From the NCBI GenBank assembly GCA_016186375.1, contig JACPLS010000057.1:1-42655 (forward strand): a stretch of DNA of 42,655 bases. Direction: 5' to 3'. This DNA is from Candidatus Pacearchaeota archaeon. Lineage in GTDB: Archaea; Nanobdellota; Nanobdellia; Pacearchaeales; GW2011-AR1. Below the pieces are notes generated by a model that was given only the letters and a program-made list of their open reading frames with translations, did no database searches and was not told where the DNA came from. Within the stretch, counting starts at the first letter, position 1, and each line of letters begins with the position of its first letter. Below, piece by piece: positions 25,080 to 33,597 of the stretch. The position numbers and the translations under genes were made by a program.

Positions 25080-25700
25080 ATGGAACTAAATATATATAAA
25101 GAAACTGCTAAGTTGAGAATAATGGATAAGATATTCCAGTATCCGGATAAAGAATTCACTTTGAGCGAGTTGGCCAAAGAAGCTAAAGTAGCTAAGCAGA
25201 ATATGAAAAAAATTCTTAGTGAATTAAATAATGCAAAAATAATAGAAACTTCACGATTGGGAAAGAAAATATGGCAGATTAAAGGAAGGCAAGAGGAATG
25301 GAAATTTATAAGACATAAAATAGCTTATAACTTAAATTTTATCTATAAAAGTAATTTAATCAACGTCTTAGATGAGGTCTTTGACAGACCGAAAAGTATA
25401 ATATTATTCGGTAGTTTTAGATATGGCAAGGATATATCCATCTCAGATATTGATATTGCTATAGAAACTTCTCATGTCAATAAGTATTCAATAATTAAAT
25501 CAGAAGATAAAATATTCAATAATCGACAAAAAGAATTGCTGAAAAAAATTGAATACGAGATTGAGAGAAAATTTGAGTTCCATCTTTTCCCAAAAGTACG
25601 CTTGTCTGATAAAGAATTCAGAGAAACATTCATTAGCATACTAAACGGATTAATTATTTCTGGGTTCTTAGACATAAGAGATGAGACAAGAAAAAATTGA
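25080..25700 (+). CDS. wHTH plus minimal nucleotidyltransferase (MNT-type antitoxin/NTase)
   Basis: LFGSFRYGKDISISDIDIAI matches the GSxxxG...SDxD motif of the polymerase-beta NTase fold. An HTH-like region lies at the N-terminus. Confidence 0.7.
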   Translation: MELNIYKETAKLRIMDKIFQYPDKEFTLSELAKEAKVAKQNMKKILSELNNAKIIETSRLGKKIWQIKGRQEEWKFIRHKIAYNLNFIYKSNLINVLDEVFDRPKSIILFGSFRYGKDISISDIDIAIETSHVNKYSIIKSEDKIFNNRQKELLKKIEYEIERKFEFHLFPKVRLSDKEFRETFISILNGLIISGFLDIRDETRKN

Positions 25701-26127
25701 AAAATTACTCAAAGAAGGAAAATTAAGAATAAAAGAGAGGAACATAGCAGAAGCAAGAGCAATAATAAATATTGCTAAACTTAATGCCGAAGTAATGAAA
25801 GATCTAAATATCTCAGAAAAAAACTCAACAGTCATCTATAAAGAAATATACGACTCAATCAGACAGCTGGGAGATATTGTCTGGCTTCTTAAAGGATATG
25901 AAGTCCTTAGAGGACATGAAATAAGCCTTGAAATACTAAAAGAACTTGACATAAAAGAGAGGGCAAAACTGAATTTTCTAAATAGATTTGAAATGTTAAG
26001 GCACGATGCAAGCTATAGGGGCAAGATCGTATCTGTTGAGCATGCAAAAGAGATAGTTGATTTCTGGAATACTTGTTCTGGTGACATAATAAAAGAAATA
26101 GAAAAAGTGCTTATTGATAATCAGTGA
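25681..26127 (+). CDS. HEPN-domain protein (partner of MNT)
   Basis: It overlaps the MNT gene by 20 nt. RFEMLRHDASYRG fits the HEPN R-x(4-6)-H motif. Confidence 0.6.
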   Translation: MRQEKIEKLLKEGKLRIKERNIAEARAIINIAKLNAEVMKDLNISEKNSTVIYKEIYDSIRQLGDIVWLLKGYEVLRGHEISLEILKELDIKERAKLNFLNRFEMLRHDASYRGKIVSVEHAKEIVDFWNTCSGDIIKEIEKVLIDNQ

Positions 26128-26218
26128 CTTTTCCATCTGAATCATTAATTGGGGGTTTTGAAAAACCCTCTTTTTAATTTAATTTTTATATAGTAAAATA
26201 TCTTAAAAAATGCTTCTT

Positions 26219-26593
26219 CTAACCAGAATACCAACAATAAATAAATATTGTAATAATTATGATTAAAGCTGTAATAATTTGGCTATTGTCAGAATAAGGT
26301 AAATCAAAGATGTCAATTTTATTTTGCTCGTCAACAATAATATTTCAATACTTATCTCTCAAACCTATTTCATCCAGAACTTGGTCTTTAATTTCATTAG
26401 GAGCAATATAAGTCAAATAATCCTCAATATCAAATACATCGGCTTCATCTCTTTGATTCAGTCTGTAGTTGACTATTTCTGAAATAGAAAAAGAACTAAA
26501 TTTTTTTGTTAAATAAGATACTCTCTATCTAAGATTTCTTATTTCTATATCAATATCTTGAAATATCATTCCTTCATTATCTTCTTCCGCCAT
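26219..26593 (-). pseudogene. decayed gene for a C-terminally TM-anchored protein with two in-frame stops (TAG 26525-26527, TGA 26345-26347)
   Basis: Manual translation keeps one frame over 124 codons: MAEEDNEGMIFQDIDIEIRNLR*RVSYL...GLRDKY*NIIVDEQ...ITALIIIITIFIYCWYSG*. Confidence 0.5.
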
Positions 26594-26814
26594 ATCTTTT
26601 CCCCATATAATATCTGTCTAAGAGAATACTATCACCTATAAGAAGATCTTTGAAGTTAATAAATTCTTATATCTTATACTTTTTAAAGAATTTTCACGAT
26701 AAATTATAAATAATAACCACTATTATGAGTTAGTGTATACACACCAAATGTAGCCCAAGAAACATTTAAATATCGAGTATTATTAATCAGATTGTCTATA
26801 TTTAAAAGAAGGAG

Positions 26815-27081
26815 ATGATAAGAAAAATGGCAAAAATTGTTGGTTGGATAATTTTGATAATTGGCCTTATATTATTGGTAATCAGTTCTATTCCCCCAGT
26901 TAGGTCAGCTGTCTCTTTTATCCCGGCGCAAATTACAAATCTCTACCTTATGATTGCAGGGGCAATTTTAGCAATCTTAGGTGCAGTAATGGCATTTACA
27001 GGCACTGGCAGTCAGAAAGCTGCTGAAGTTCCTATTTATCACGGAAAAGACATCGTAGGCTTTAGACGAGTCGGGAAATAA
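26815..27081 (+). CDS. small membrane protein (2 TM)
   Basis: 88-aa ORF with two hydrophobic helices and GGAG upstream of the ATG. Confidence 0.5.
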   Translation: MIRKMAKIVGWIILIIGLILLVISSIPPVRSAVSFIPAQITNLYLMIAGAILAILGAVMAFTGTGSQKAAEVPIYHGKDIVGFRRVGK

Positions 27082-27133
27082 GTGTTAAACAGAGAAACTA
27101 TTACTCGAAAAAACTTAAAACAAAATTCTTCAC
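27046..27133 (+). repeat. direct repeat, left copy (pairs with 28666-28753)
   Basis: 88 bp with 7 mismatches to the right copy, at a constant offset of 1620 bp. Confidence 0.8.
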
Positions 27134-27862
27134 ATCTTTAAATTCTAACAAATCTCCAATTATGAAAGGCTCAAGTTCTGCTTTCCAAACATCTCTCTTT
27201 TCATTAACTTTTTTAACAAACTTACTTTTACTAAACTTTTCTTTATAATACTCAAGTTTATCATTTAACAAATTAAAATCTGGTTTTACTCCTTTTCTCA
27301 ATAAAAAATTTAAATCATACAAGTCTCTAGCATAATTTCTAGTTAAAATTGCCCTTATTTTTTCAACCAAAATTTCTTTTTCGTCCATTACACATAAACT
27401 GAAGCTTGGGATGTCTGGATAAAGCGATTCATATTTGCCAAAAAAAGGTTCAATAATAATACTAGATTTTATATTAATATCAATTCTTACACTTGCTAAA
27501 GAATTTTGATTACCATTAAATAATGGTCCCATTATTCTTAAAGTATTTAGGAAAGAATTGTATGCTTTCTTCTTTTCTTTAATCTCAACATCAACCCCAA
27601 ACGCTCTCAAATCAATAATAATTTCATTAAGTAATTTATCAATATCTAATTCTTTTTTTAAAGTAAAATCCAAATCTTCACTAAATCTATCAAGTTTGTA
27701 AAATTTAAATAGAGAAGTTCCACCTTTAAAAACAAGCTCATTTTTTGTCCTTTTAGAGATAGAAAGCAAAATCAAATCCAAAAGATAGTCCTTCTCTGCA
27801 TGCCCTAAATTTGTTATATGTTTTAATCTCGCAATATCTTTAATAGTCTCAATAGTTATCAT
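27101..27862 (-). CDS. abiEii: AbiEii/AbiGii-family nucleotidyltransferase toxin (DUF1814)
   Basis: FKGGTSLFKFYKLDRFSEDLDF matches the family signature KGGTAL...R.S.DLDF. Confidence 0.8.
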   Translation of the reverse strand: MITIETIKDIARLKHITNLGHAEKDYLLDLILLSISKRTKNELVFKGGTSLFKFYKLDRFSEDLDFTLKKELDIDKLLNEIIIDLRAFGVDVEIKEKKKAYNSFLNTLRIMGPLFNGNQNSLASVRIDINIKSSIIIEPFFGKYESLYPDIPSFSLCVMDEKEILVEKIRAILTRNYARDLYDLNFLLRKGVKPDFNLLNDKLEYYKEKFSKSKFVKKVNEKRDVWKAELEPFIIGDLLEFKDVKNFVLSFFE

Positions 27863-28556
27863 ATAATTTTGTATTAATTAAAAGCCTCCATTTTTTGTTT
27901 TTTTCTCCTTTTCTTCTCTTAATATTAAAATCAAGAGGTATATAATTATTATCAATAAGGTAGATTAATTCATCAGCATTTAAACCATTTATCTCTAACA
28001 GATATCCTAGCCTCTTAATTAGTGATTTGTTTTTTGTTTTAATAGCATATCTCTTTAACAAATCAACATCGTAATCCTTAGTCTTAACTGCTTTAAATAT
28101 TTCATCGAAAGAAATCCTTTTTATCAATAAAGCATCTATAATACTTTTCTCTTTTTCGGCAATAAAAATGTTGCTTCCCCTATAATTAAGTTTATTATAA
28201 CCCCAAAAGTCATGTATCTTAAAGAAAGATATATCTGTACCATAAAAATTTATTTTCTTTCTGCTTTTAGGAACAGCAATCATTATATTGTTAGGTAACT
28301 GCTCTGTAAAATTATAAATTCTAAACGCCGTAAGTGAAGTAATATATGATGGAACAGTGATAAGAGAAGAAAACACAATAGAATCATCAAATAAAGTATA
28401 TTTTCCTCTTTCAATTGAAAAAATCAATTTCTTCTTTTTTAGTCTATGTAAATATAATCTACAATAACTACAACTTCTCCCAGTTAATCTTACAAACTCA
28501 TTAAAAGTAAAAATTTTATACTTACCAATCTTCTTAAGCAATTCTATTGTATTCAT
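27849..28556 (-). CDS. abiEi: AbiEi-type antitoxin/transcriptional regulator (type IV TA)
   Basis: It sits upstream of abiEii and overlaps it by 14 nt. It has an N-terminal wHTH-like region, and its size (235 aa) is typical. Confidence 0.65.
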   Translation of the reverse strand: MNTIELLKKIGKYKIFTFNEFVRLTGRSCSYCRLYLHRLKKKKLIFSIERGKYTLFDDSIVFSSLITVPSYITSLTAFRIYNFTEQLPNNIMIAVPKSRKKINFYGTDISFFKIHDFWGYNKLNYRGSNIFIAEKEKSIIDALLIKRISFDEIFKAVKTKDYDVDLLKRYAIKTKNKSLIKRLGYLLEINGLNADELIYLIDNNYIPLDFNIKRRKGEKNKKWRLLINTKLYDNY

Positions 28557-28597
28557 ATTTCCATCTATAATTTAGAGTTTATAAATATTTCTATCTA

Positions 28598-28625
28598 TTA
28601 TAATTATCATTTTTGATAATTATAA
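28598..28625. promoter_or_regulatory. 12-bp perfect inverted repeat upstream of abiEi, candidate autoregulatory operator
   Basis: The sequence is TTATAATTATCA-TTTT-TGATAATTATAA, about 40-70 bp upstream of the abiEi start. Confidence 0.4.
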
Positions 28626-28665
28626 ACAACTATTTTATTACTTATTAATCCATACCTACTACTGC

Positions 28666-28753
28666 AAAGACATCGTAGGCTTCAGACGAGTCGGGAAATA
28701 TGTGTTAAATAGAAAAACCATTACTCGAAAAGACTTAAAACAAATTTCTTCAC
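28666..28753 (+). repeat. direct repeat, right copy
   Basis: See 27046-27133. Confidence 0.8.
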
Positions 28754-28819
28754 AACACTAAACTTTGGTAATTCTTCCATAACAAATGGATAAAATTCAG
28801 TATTCCGTATATCCTTCGC
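28721..28819 (-). pseudogene. 3-prime remnant of a second abiEii paralogue
   Basis: The minus frame gives AKDIRNTEFYPFVMEELPKFSVVKKFVLSLFE*. The intact gene's C-terminus is RDVWKAELEPFIIGDLLEFKDVKNFVLSFFE*. The frame is closed by a stop at 28820-28822. Confidence 0.6.
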
Positions 28820-28997
28820 TTATCGTAAACAAAGTTGTTAACAATGAACTACTTTTAAATAATTTCTCAAAGATTATTAATGAACAAGGAAAGGAATTAT
28901 TGTTTGGTTACACTTAAAATAAAATTTAAGTTACAGATGGAACTAATTATTTACTAGAAATAAACCTAAGAGAATATTGCAAAATAACTTACTTTTA

Positions 28998-29783
28998 TCA
29001 AGATAATTTGTGTTTCTCTTCTTCCAATCTCTTAATTTGTTTCATTATATCTTTCCTCATTCTATCTCCAGCATCTCCTGGAACATTCATCGCATTATTA
29101 TAATCGGTGTATAATTGGCCTAAATGTCTATTTATAGCTTGAACCGCTGTGGCATAATTGGCTTGTCTGTCAAAATATCTCTTAACATTTTTATCAAAGA
29201 AAAACATCAATATCCCCAGTCCTAAAGCTCCCCAATAAATAAAATTTGTAACTCCTGAAAGTTTATCTCTTTGGCTAAACCACAACACAGCCATTATTAA
29301 TACAAAAAGAAACCATAAAAATTTTCTTCCTCCGGCACTGCTAACTGTTTTTTCAACAAAAAAGAAATATAAAACAAAAACCAAGCCCGTTAAAACAGCA
29401 ACTCCCAAAACACCATAAGGTAATAAAATTCCCCTAACAAGATCACTTTCTGATAAAAATCTTATTGCGATTAAAGATACAACTAAAGAAATAATATTGA
29501 CGACTCCAGTTTGTTCTCCTAAAGCAGGTATTGCTTTAACTCCCAACCTTATTCCTAAGAAAAGTAAAATAAATACCAATATTTTTACAAATAGAAATTC
29601 GTCTGACTGATAAACTCCAAAAAGAGCACTAAAAACAGGGGTAGCTATATCTCCTACTCCTTGGACAATGCTCTCTGTAAAGTCTCGTGGATTAGCTAAA
29701 TCATATTGAGCAGACACTAAACCTATTAAATAAATGGTAAAAACAAAAGAAAATAATGATACAATGCCCTCCTTTTTCATCAT
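28998..29783 (-). CDS. multi-pass membrane protein with signal peptide and C-terminal coiled-coil tail; paralogue of 29866-30660
   Basis: It shares blocks with its neighbour (PVFSALFG / PVFEAILG and LIAIRFL / LIGIRFL) and the same architecture. Confidence 0.6.
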   Translation of the reverse strand: MMKKEGIVSLFSFVFTIYLIGLVSAQYDLANPRDFTESIVQGVGDIATPVFSALFGVYQSDEFLFVKILVFILLFLGIRLGVKAIPALGEQTGVVNIISLVVSLIAIRFLSESDLVRGILLPYGVLGVAVLTGLVFVLYFFFVEKTVSSAGGRKFLWFLFVLIMAVLWFSQRDKLSGVTNFIYWGALGLGILMFFFDKNVKRYFDRQANYATAVQAINRHLGQLYTDYNNAMNVPGDAGDRMRKDIMKQIKRLEEEKHKLS

Positions 29784-29865
29784 TTAATTTCCAATTACTC
29801 CTTCTTTATAAATATTTCGAGAGCAACTTAGAAATATTTATAAAGTCAATAATCCTAAAGTAAAG

Positions 29866-30660
29866 ATGAAAAAGAATAAGGCGAATTTAATTTTTTATTT
29901 TTTAAGCACAATATTTCTAATGATGTTATTCAGTAATGTTGTAATGGCTGATGTCCCAGAAGATATTGCAAAAGGCACAACTAGTTTTATTGAAGGGGTT
30001 AAAAGTTTCGGAGGCCCAGTTTTTGAAGCTATTTTAGGCTCATCAGAAACAGGAAATCAATTTGTAATTCAAATTCTAGCTTTTATTTTAGCGACATTAA
30101 TAGTTTATGGCATCTTAGATTCTGTTAATATTTTTGGAGGTAGAAGTGGACTTAACTTTGCTGTTGGAGCAATTGTTGCATTGATTGGTATCAGATTTCT
30201 TCCCTCAGGTCTTTTAGAAGCAATAGCTTTGCCTTCAAGTGCTTTAGTTGCAGCAATTGTTTTATTAGTACCATTCGTTATCGCTTTTTATATAATTGAA
30301 GTAAAAATGGAAAAGTATTCCATAGCGGGAAAATTAATTTGGATTGCTTTGGGAATTATAATCATTTTTCTCTGGTTTAATAACATGTATACTTCAAGTA
30401 ATCAGGGTTGGTTGGTTATTTACCCAATTATGGCTTTTGCTTGTTTCATAGTTCTCTGGAAACATGGCACAATACAAAAATGGATAGGGAAAGCAAAAAC
30501 AGATACATCACTCGAAAAAACTGGTAATATAGAGAGAGACAGAATAGTGGCTAAAATTAAAGACCTCCAAACTGCATTAGCTGGTGCAGAAAGTAATGAA
30601 GAGAGAATTAGATTAAACAGAGAGATAGTTGAACTAAGAAAAAACTTAGAAAGCATATAA
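29866..30660 (+). CDS. multi-pass membrane protein, paralogue of 28998-29783, divergently transcribed
   Basis: See the paralogue entry at 28998-29783. The C-terminal tail ERIRLNREIVELRKNLESI is charged and helical. Confidence 0.6.
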   Translation: MKKNKANLIFYFLSTIFLMMLFSNVVMADVPEDIAKGTTSFIEGVKSFGGPVFEAILGSSETGNQFVIQILAFILATLIVYGILDSVNIFGGRSGLNFAVGAIVALIGIRFLPSGLLEAIALPSSALVAAIVLLVPFVIAFYIIEVKMEKYSIAGKLIWIALGIIIIFLWFNNMYTSSNQGWLVIYPIMAFACFIVLWKHGTIQKWIGKAKTDTSLEKTGNIERDRIVAKIKDLQTALAGAESNEERIRLNREIVELRKNLESI

Positions 30661-30689
30661 TTTTTAAACTCTCCTTCATTATTCATTAA

Positions 30690-31367
30690 ATGAAAAAAAG
30701 ACTTATTTCAAATCTAGCTGTAATTATATTTATCACTATATTCTTATTTTCTTATCTTTCAAAAGCACAACTCGAAGATCAACTTGGAGAATTACAAGGA
30801 AATGTCGAAAAAGTCCAAGATGTTTCAGATAATCTGTCAACTTCTGATCAAAGAACTGAATACTTGAAACAAGAATGGACAAAAATACTAGAGAGAACAC
30901 AAGTGGGAAGATTTTTATTGGGTATAAGCAGCATTTTAAAGGCTCTAAGTCCGGCATTTAAATTTCTTATAGGTATTGAATTTTCTCTTTCATGGTTATT
31001 TTTTCTTTCTTTAGGTGTTTGGATAGCTATTGTTGTAATAATCTACAAAGCGGTAAAAGAACCATTTCAAATGAAAGGATGGATTTCTTTGGCAATTGCA
31101 ATAATTATACCTACGATTTCAGCACAGTTCGGTATGATTGTAAAAACAGTTTCCTTCTTTGTTCCTTTATTTAAAAATAAATGGATTATTTTAGGATCAA
31201 TATTAATTACAATAATTCTTCTTTATATTTACTCTTTATTCATGAAAACCATTGGAAAAAAAATAAAGGAAAAAACAAAAAGAGAAAATGAAGAGAGAAG
31301 AGAACAAAAAGCTGAAACTTTGGAAAAATTAGAAGATATTGAACTAAGATCAAGAGGAATAAAGTAA
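30690..31367 (+). CDS. membrane protein with signal peptide, an extracytoplasmic helical segment, TM bundle and Lys/Glu-rich tail
   Basis: 225-aa ORF, 29 nt after the previous gene. It has hydrophobic helices and a KEKTKRENEERREQKAETLEKLE tail. Confidence 0.55.
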   Translation: MKKRLISNLAVIIFITIFLFSYLSKAQLEDQLGELQGNVEKVQDVSDNLSTSDQRTEYLKQEWTKILERTQVGRFLLGISSILKALSPAFKFLIGIEFSLSWLFFLSLGVWIAIVVIIYKAVKEPFQMKGWISLAIAIIIPTISAQFGMIVKTVSFFVPLFKNKWIILGSILITIILLYIYSLFMKTIGKKIKEKTKRENEERREQKAETLEKLEDIELRSRGIK

Positions 31368-31408
31368 CAAATAACAACTTTTAAATACCCTAAAAAAGGC
31401 AAAATATT

Positions 31409-31786
31409 ATGAGTTTAGCAAAAAGATTAGGAATACTTGCGGCTGCAGTTATAGCTGGAGATATTGGTGCATATTATTTTGTAAAAACACATGATTCGCT
31501 TACAGAACAGAGTTTGGGAATTGCAACAGCCGTAAGTATCACGATGGGGGGAGCTTTAATTGCCGGAAGAATTATCAAAAACAATCATCCAACACAGCAA
31601 CTCCAGCAGCGTCAGCAAACTCAAACACCAAATACCCAAAATCCTCAATATCCTCCTGCTCCGCATCACAGAGACACAAATATTCACTTAGAAGACAACA
31701 GGCAAGTTCATATTTATAATATTTATCCTCCTAAAAATCCATCTCCCCCTCATCCACCAAGACCACGTCCTCCATTAACACCTTAA
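31409..31786 (+). CDS. small membrane-anchored protein with a Gln/Pro-rich tail
   Basis: It has two N-terminal hydrophobic segments, then QQLQQRQQTQTPNTQNPQYPP...PPKNPSPPHPPRPRPPLTP. Confidence 0.45.
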   Translation: MSLAKRLGILAAAVIAGDIGAYYFVKTHDSLTEQSLGIATAVSITMGGALIAGRIIKNNHPTQQLQQRQQTQTPNTQNPQYPPAPHHRDTNIHLEDNRQVHIYNIYPPKNPSPPHPPRPRPPLTP

Positions 31787-31827
31787 ACAAAATCAAATAA
31801 AAGAAATATGAATTATATTCTATTTTT

Positions 31828-33219
31828 TCAGTCTTTCAAGAACATATCGCTGTGATTTTCTAATAAAATCAAAAAAGCAGGAAGAGGAAATGTTCTTTTA
31901 TCAAAAGTTTTTTTTGTTATCAAATAACCGTCATTAAATTCTTTTAATGATCTATAATCATTGGAATTAATTTTTTCTCTATATTTTAATTCGAAAGCAA
32001 CCTTCCTGTAAATAAAATCAATTTCTTTAGTTTTTAATTTATTAGTCCAATAATAAATCCTATCTTTATAATCATAAATATTTGATTTGATTTTTCTGTA
32101 AATAATATTAATTAAATGAAAAAGTATAACTCCTTCAGATATTTTGTCCTTATTTCTTTCTAAATAGTTCTGGTAATTCTTAAAATTTCCTTCCAAGCCA
32201 TTAATCCATTTGTAACATGCTGAAAATATAAATGGGTCAGAAAAATAGATTTTCTTAGATTTTGAATAATCTGAAATTTTTTTATTGAAGTCCATTTTAT
32301 ATAAGAAATTAAAGACAAACATTTCTTCAAGTGCAATAACATATTTTGATATTGTATGATGTGAATCAATATCAGTTCCGGACTTTATAGACGACCATGA
32401 TAACTCGCTTACATAAGATTCCATAACCCTTCTCGCAATTTGCTTTGAAAAATCTTCACTTAACTCCCATTTAGCTAAATCTCCAATTATCCACTTAAGA
32501 TAAACGTCATAAGAAGCATCAGATATTTCTCTAGTCGAAAAAAATTCATTTATTATCTTAATAAAACCTCCAGTCATCAAATAGTTCTTATATTCATGAT
32601 TCAATGTCTTAAAATTTATTTTAAGTAAAGCAATATTCTTGTCAAAATTATTAGTCAATTTAATACTCTTTCCTATAGACTCTAAATATTGATTAAATGT
32701 TAAAGGCAACATGGTAAAATGTCTCTTACCTTCATCTCCCCTCCCCGGAAGTAGTTCAACACTTCTTTTAATATCAATAGAATGTGAACCTGATAATACA
32801 ATCGAACAGTTAACAAATTTTCCAGCATCATAAAGATGCTTTATTCCTCTCTGCCATTCACTCACATAAGGTATTTCATCTAGAAAGATATATTTCCTTC
32901 CCACTTTATCTGATAACTCCAAAAATAATTCAATTATTTCACTAAGTCCCACATAATCTTTAATATTGTCACAGGAATAAAAAAACACATTATTTGGATT
33001 ACTAAACTCTAATATATCCTTAATTTTTTGTTTTATCCAAGTTGTTTTACCAACCTGCCTTGGTCCTCTTAAACTATATATTCCTTCCTCCAAGTCAGAT
33101 ATTATATCATATTTCCACTTAAATTTCTGCTTCTCGAAATTAACAATATGCAAATCTTTATTAATTTGTTCTTTGTCTTCCCACCAAGGATTTGCTTCTT
33201 TTAGTTTTGAATTATCCAT
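31828..33219 (-). CDS. AAA-type ATPase of the archaeal AAA_14/DUF4143 family
   Basis: The Walker A motif is LRGPRQVGKTT and the Walker B-like motif is IFLDEIPY. The 463-aa size and C-terminal region are typical of DUF4143 proteins (recalled). Confidence 0.65.
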   Translation of the reverse strand: MDNSKLKEANPWWEDKEQINKDLHIVNFEKQKFKWKYDIISDLEEGIYSLRGPRQVGKTTWIKQKIKDILEFSNPNNVFFYSCDNIKDYVGLSEIIELFLELSDKVGRKYIFLDEIPYVSEWQRGIKHLYDAGKFVNCSIVLSGSHSIDIKRSVELLPGRGDEGKRHFTMLPLTFNQYLESIGKSIKLTNNFDKNIALLKINFKTLNHEYKNYLMTGGFIKIINEFFSTREISDASYDVYLKWIIGDLAKWELSEDFSKQIARRVMESYVSELSWSSIKSGTDIDSHHTISKYVIALEEMFVFNFLYKMDFNKKISDYSKSKKIYFSDPFIFSACYKWINGLEGNFKNYQNYLERNKDKISEGVILFHLINIIYRKIKSNIYDYKDRIYYWTNKLKTKEIDFIYRKVAFELKYREKINSNDYRSLKEFNDGYLITKKTFDKRTFPLPAFLILLENHSDMFLKD

Positions 33220-33255
33220 ATTTATCTTAATAATTTTCCCTATTTAAATCTTTGC

Positions 33256-33309
33256 TTTTTTGGCATTTTATTGCCAAAAAAGTCATAATTTTTGGCATTC
33301 TAATGCCGA
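33256..33309. promoter_or_regulatory. two tandem palindromes, TTGGCA-N6-TGCCAA and TTGGCA-N6-TGCCGA, upstream of the ATPase gene
   Basis: The sites are TTTTTTGGCATTTTATTGCCAAAAAA (33256-33280) and TTGGCATTCTAATGCCGA (33292-33309). The TGGCA half-sites start 32 bp apart. Confidence 0.35.
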
Positions 33310-33342
33310 TAATTCTTTAATATCATCGATAAGATATTTATA

Positions 33343-33594
33343 TCATTCTTTCCTCACTTTTATTCTCTCTTTTCTAAGTCTTTCAAGAACCTCTCTTCCT
33401 TCTTTAGTCTTTAAAAGATTTTTATAAAATTCTCTGATATTGAGAATCTGTGAGTTAATTAAAACATTTTGTTGCTTACTCCAAGTTAAATCATCAACAG
33501 TTTTCATATAATTCGCCCAAAATTTAACAAAGTTCTCACGTTCCTGAGCATTATCTCTTCCCGGTTTTAAAAACAATGTTCTTTCAATTTTCAT
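33343..33594 (-). CDS. small basic protein downstream of the NTase-fold gene
   Basis: 83-aa ORF, 3 nt after the stop of 33598-34173. Confidence 0.4.
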   Translation of the reverse strand: MKIERTLFLKPGRDNAQERENFVKFWANYMKTVDDLTWSKQQNVLINSQILNIREFYKNLLKTKEGREVLERLRKERIKVRKE

Positions 33595-33597
33595 AAT

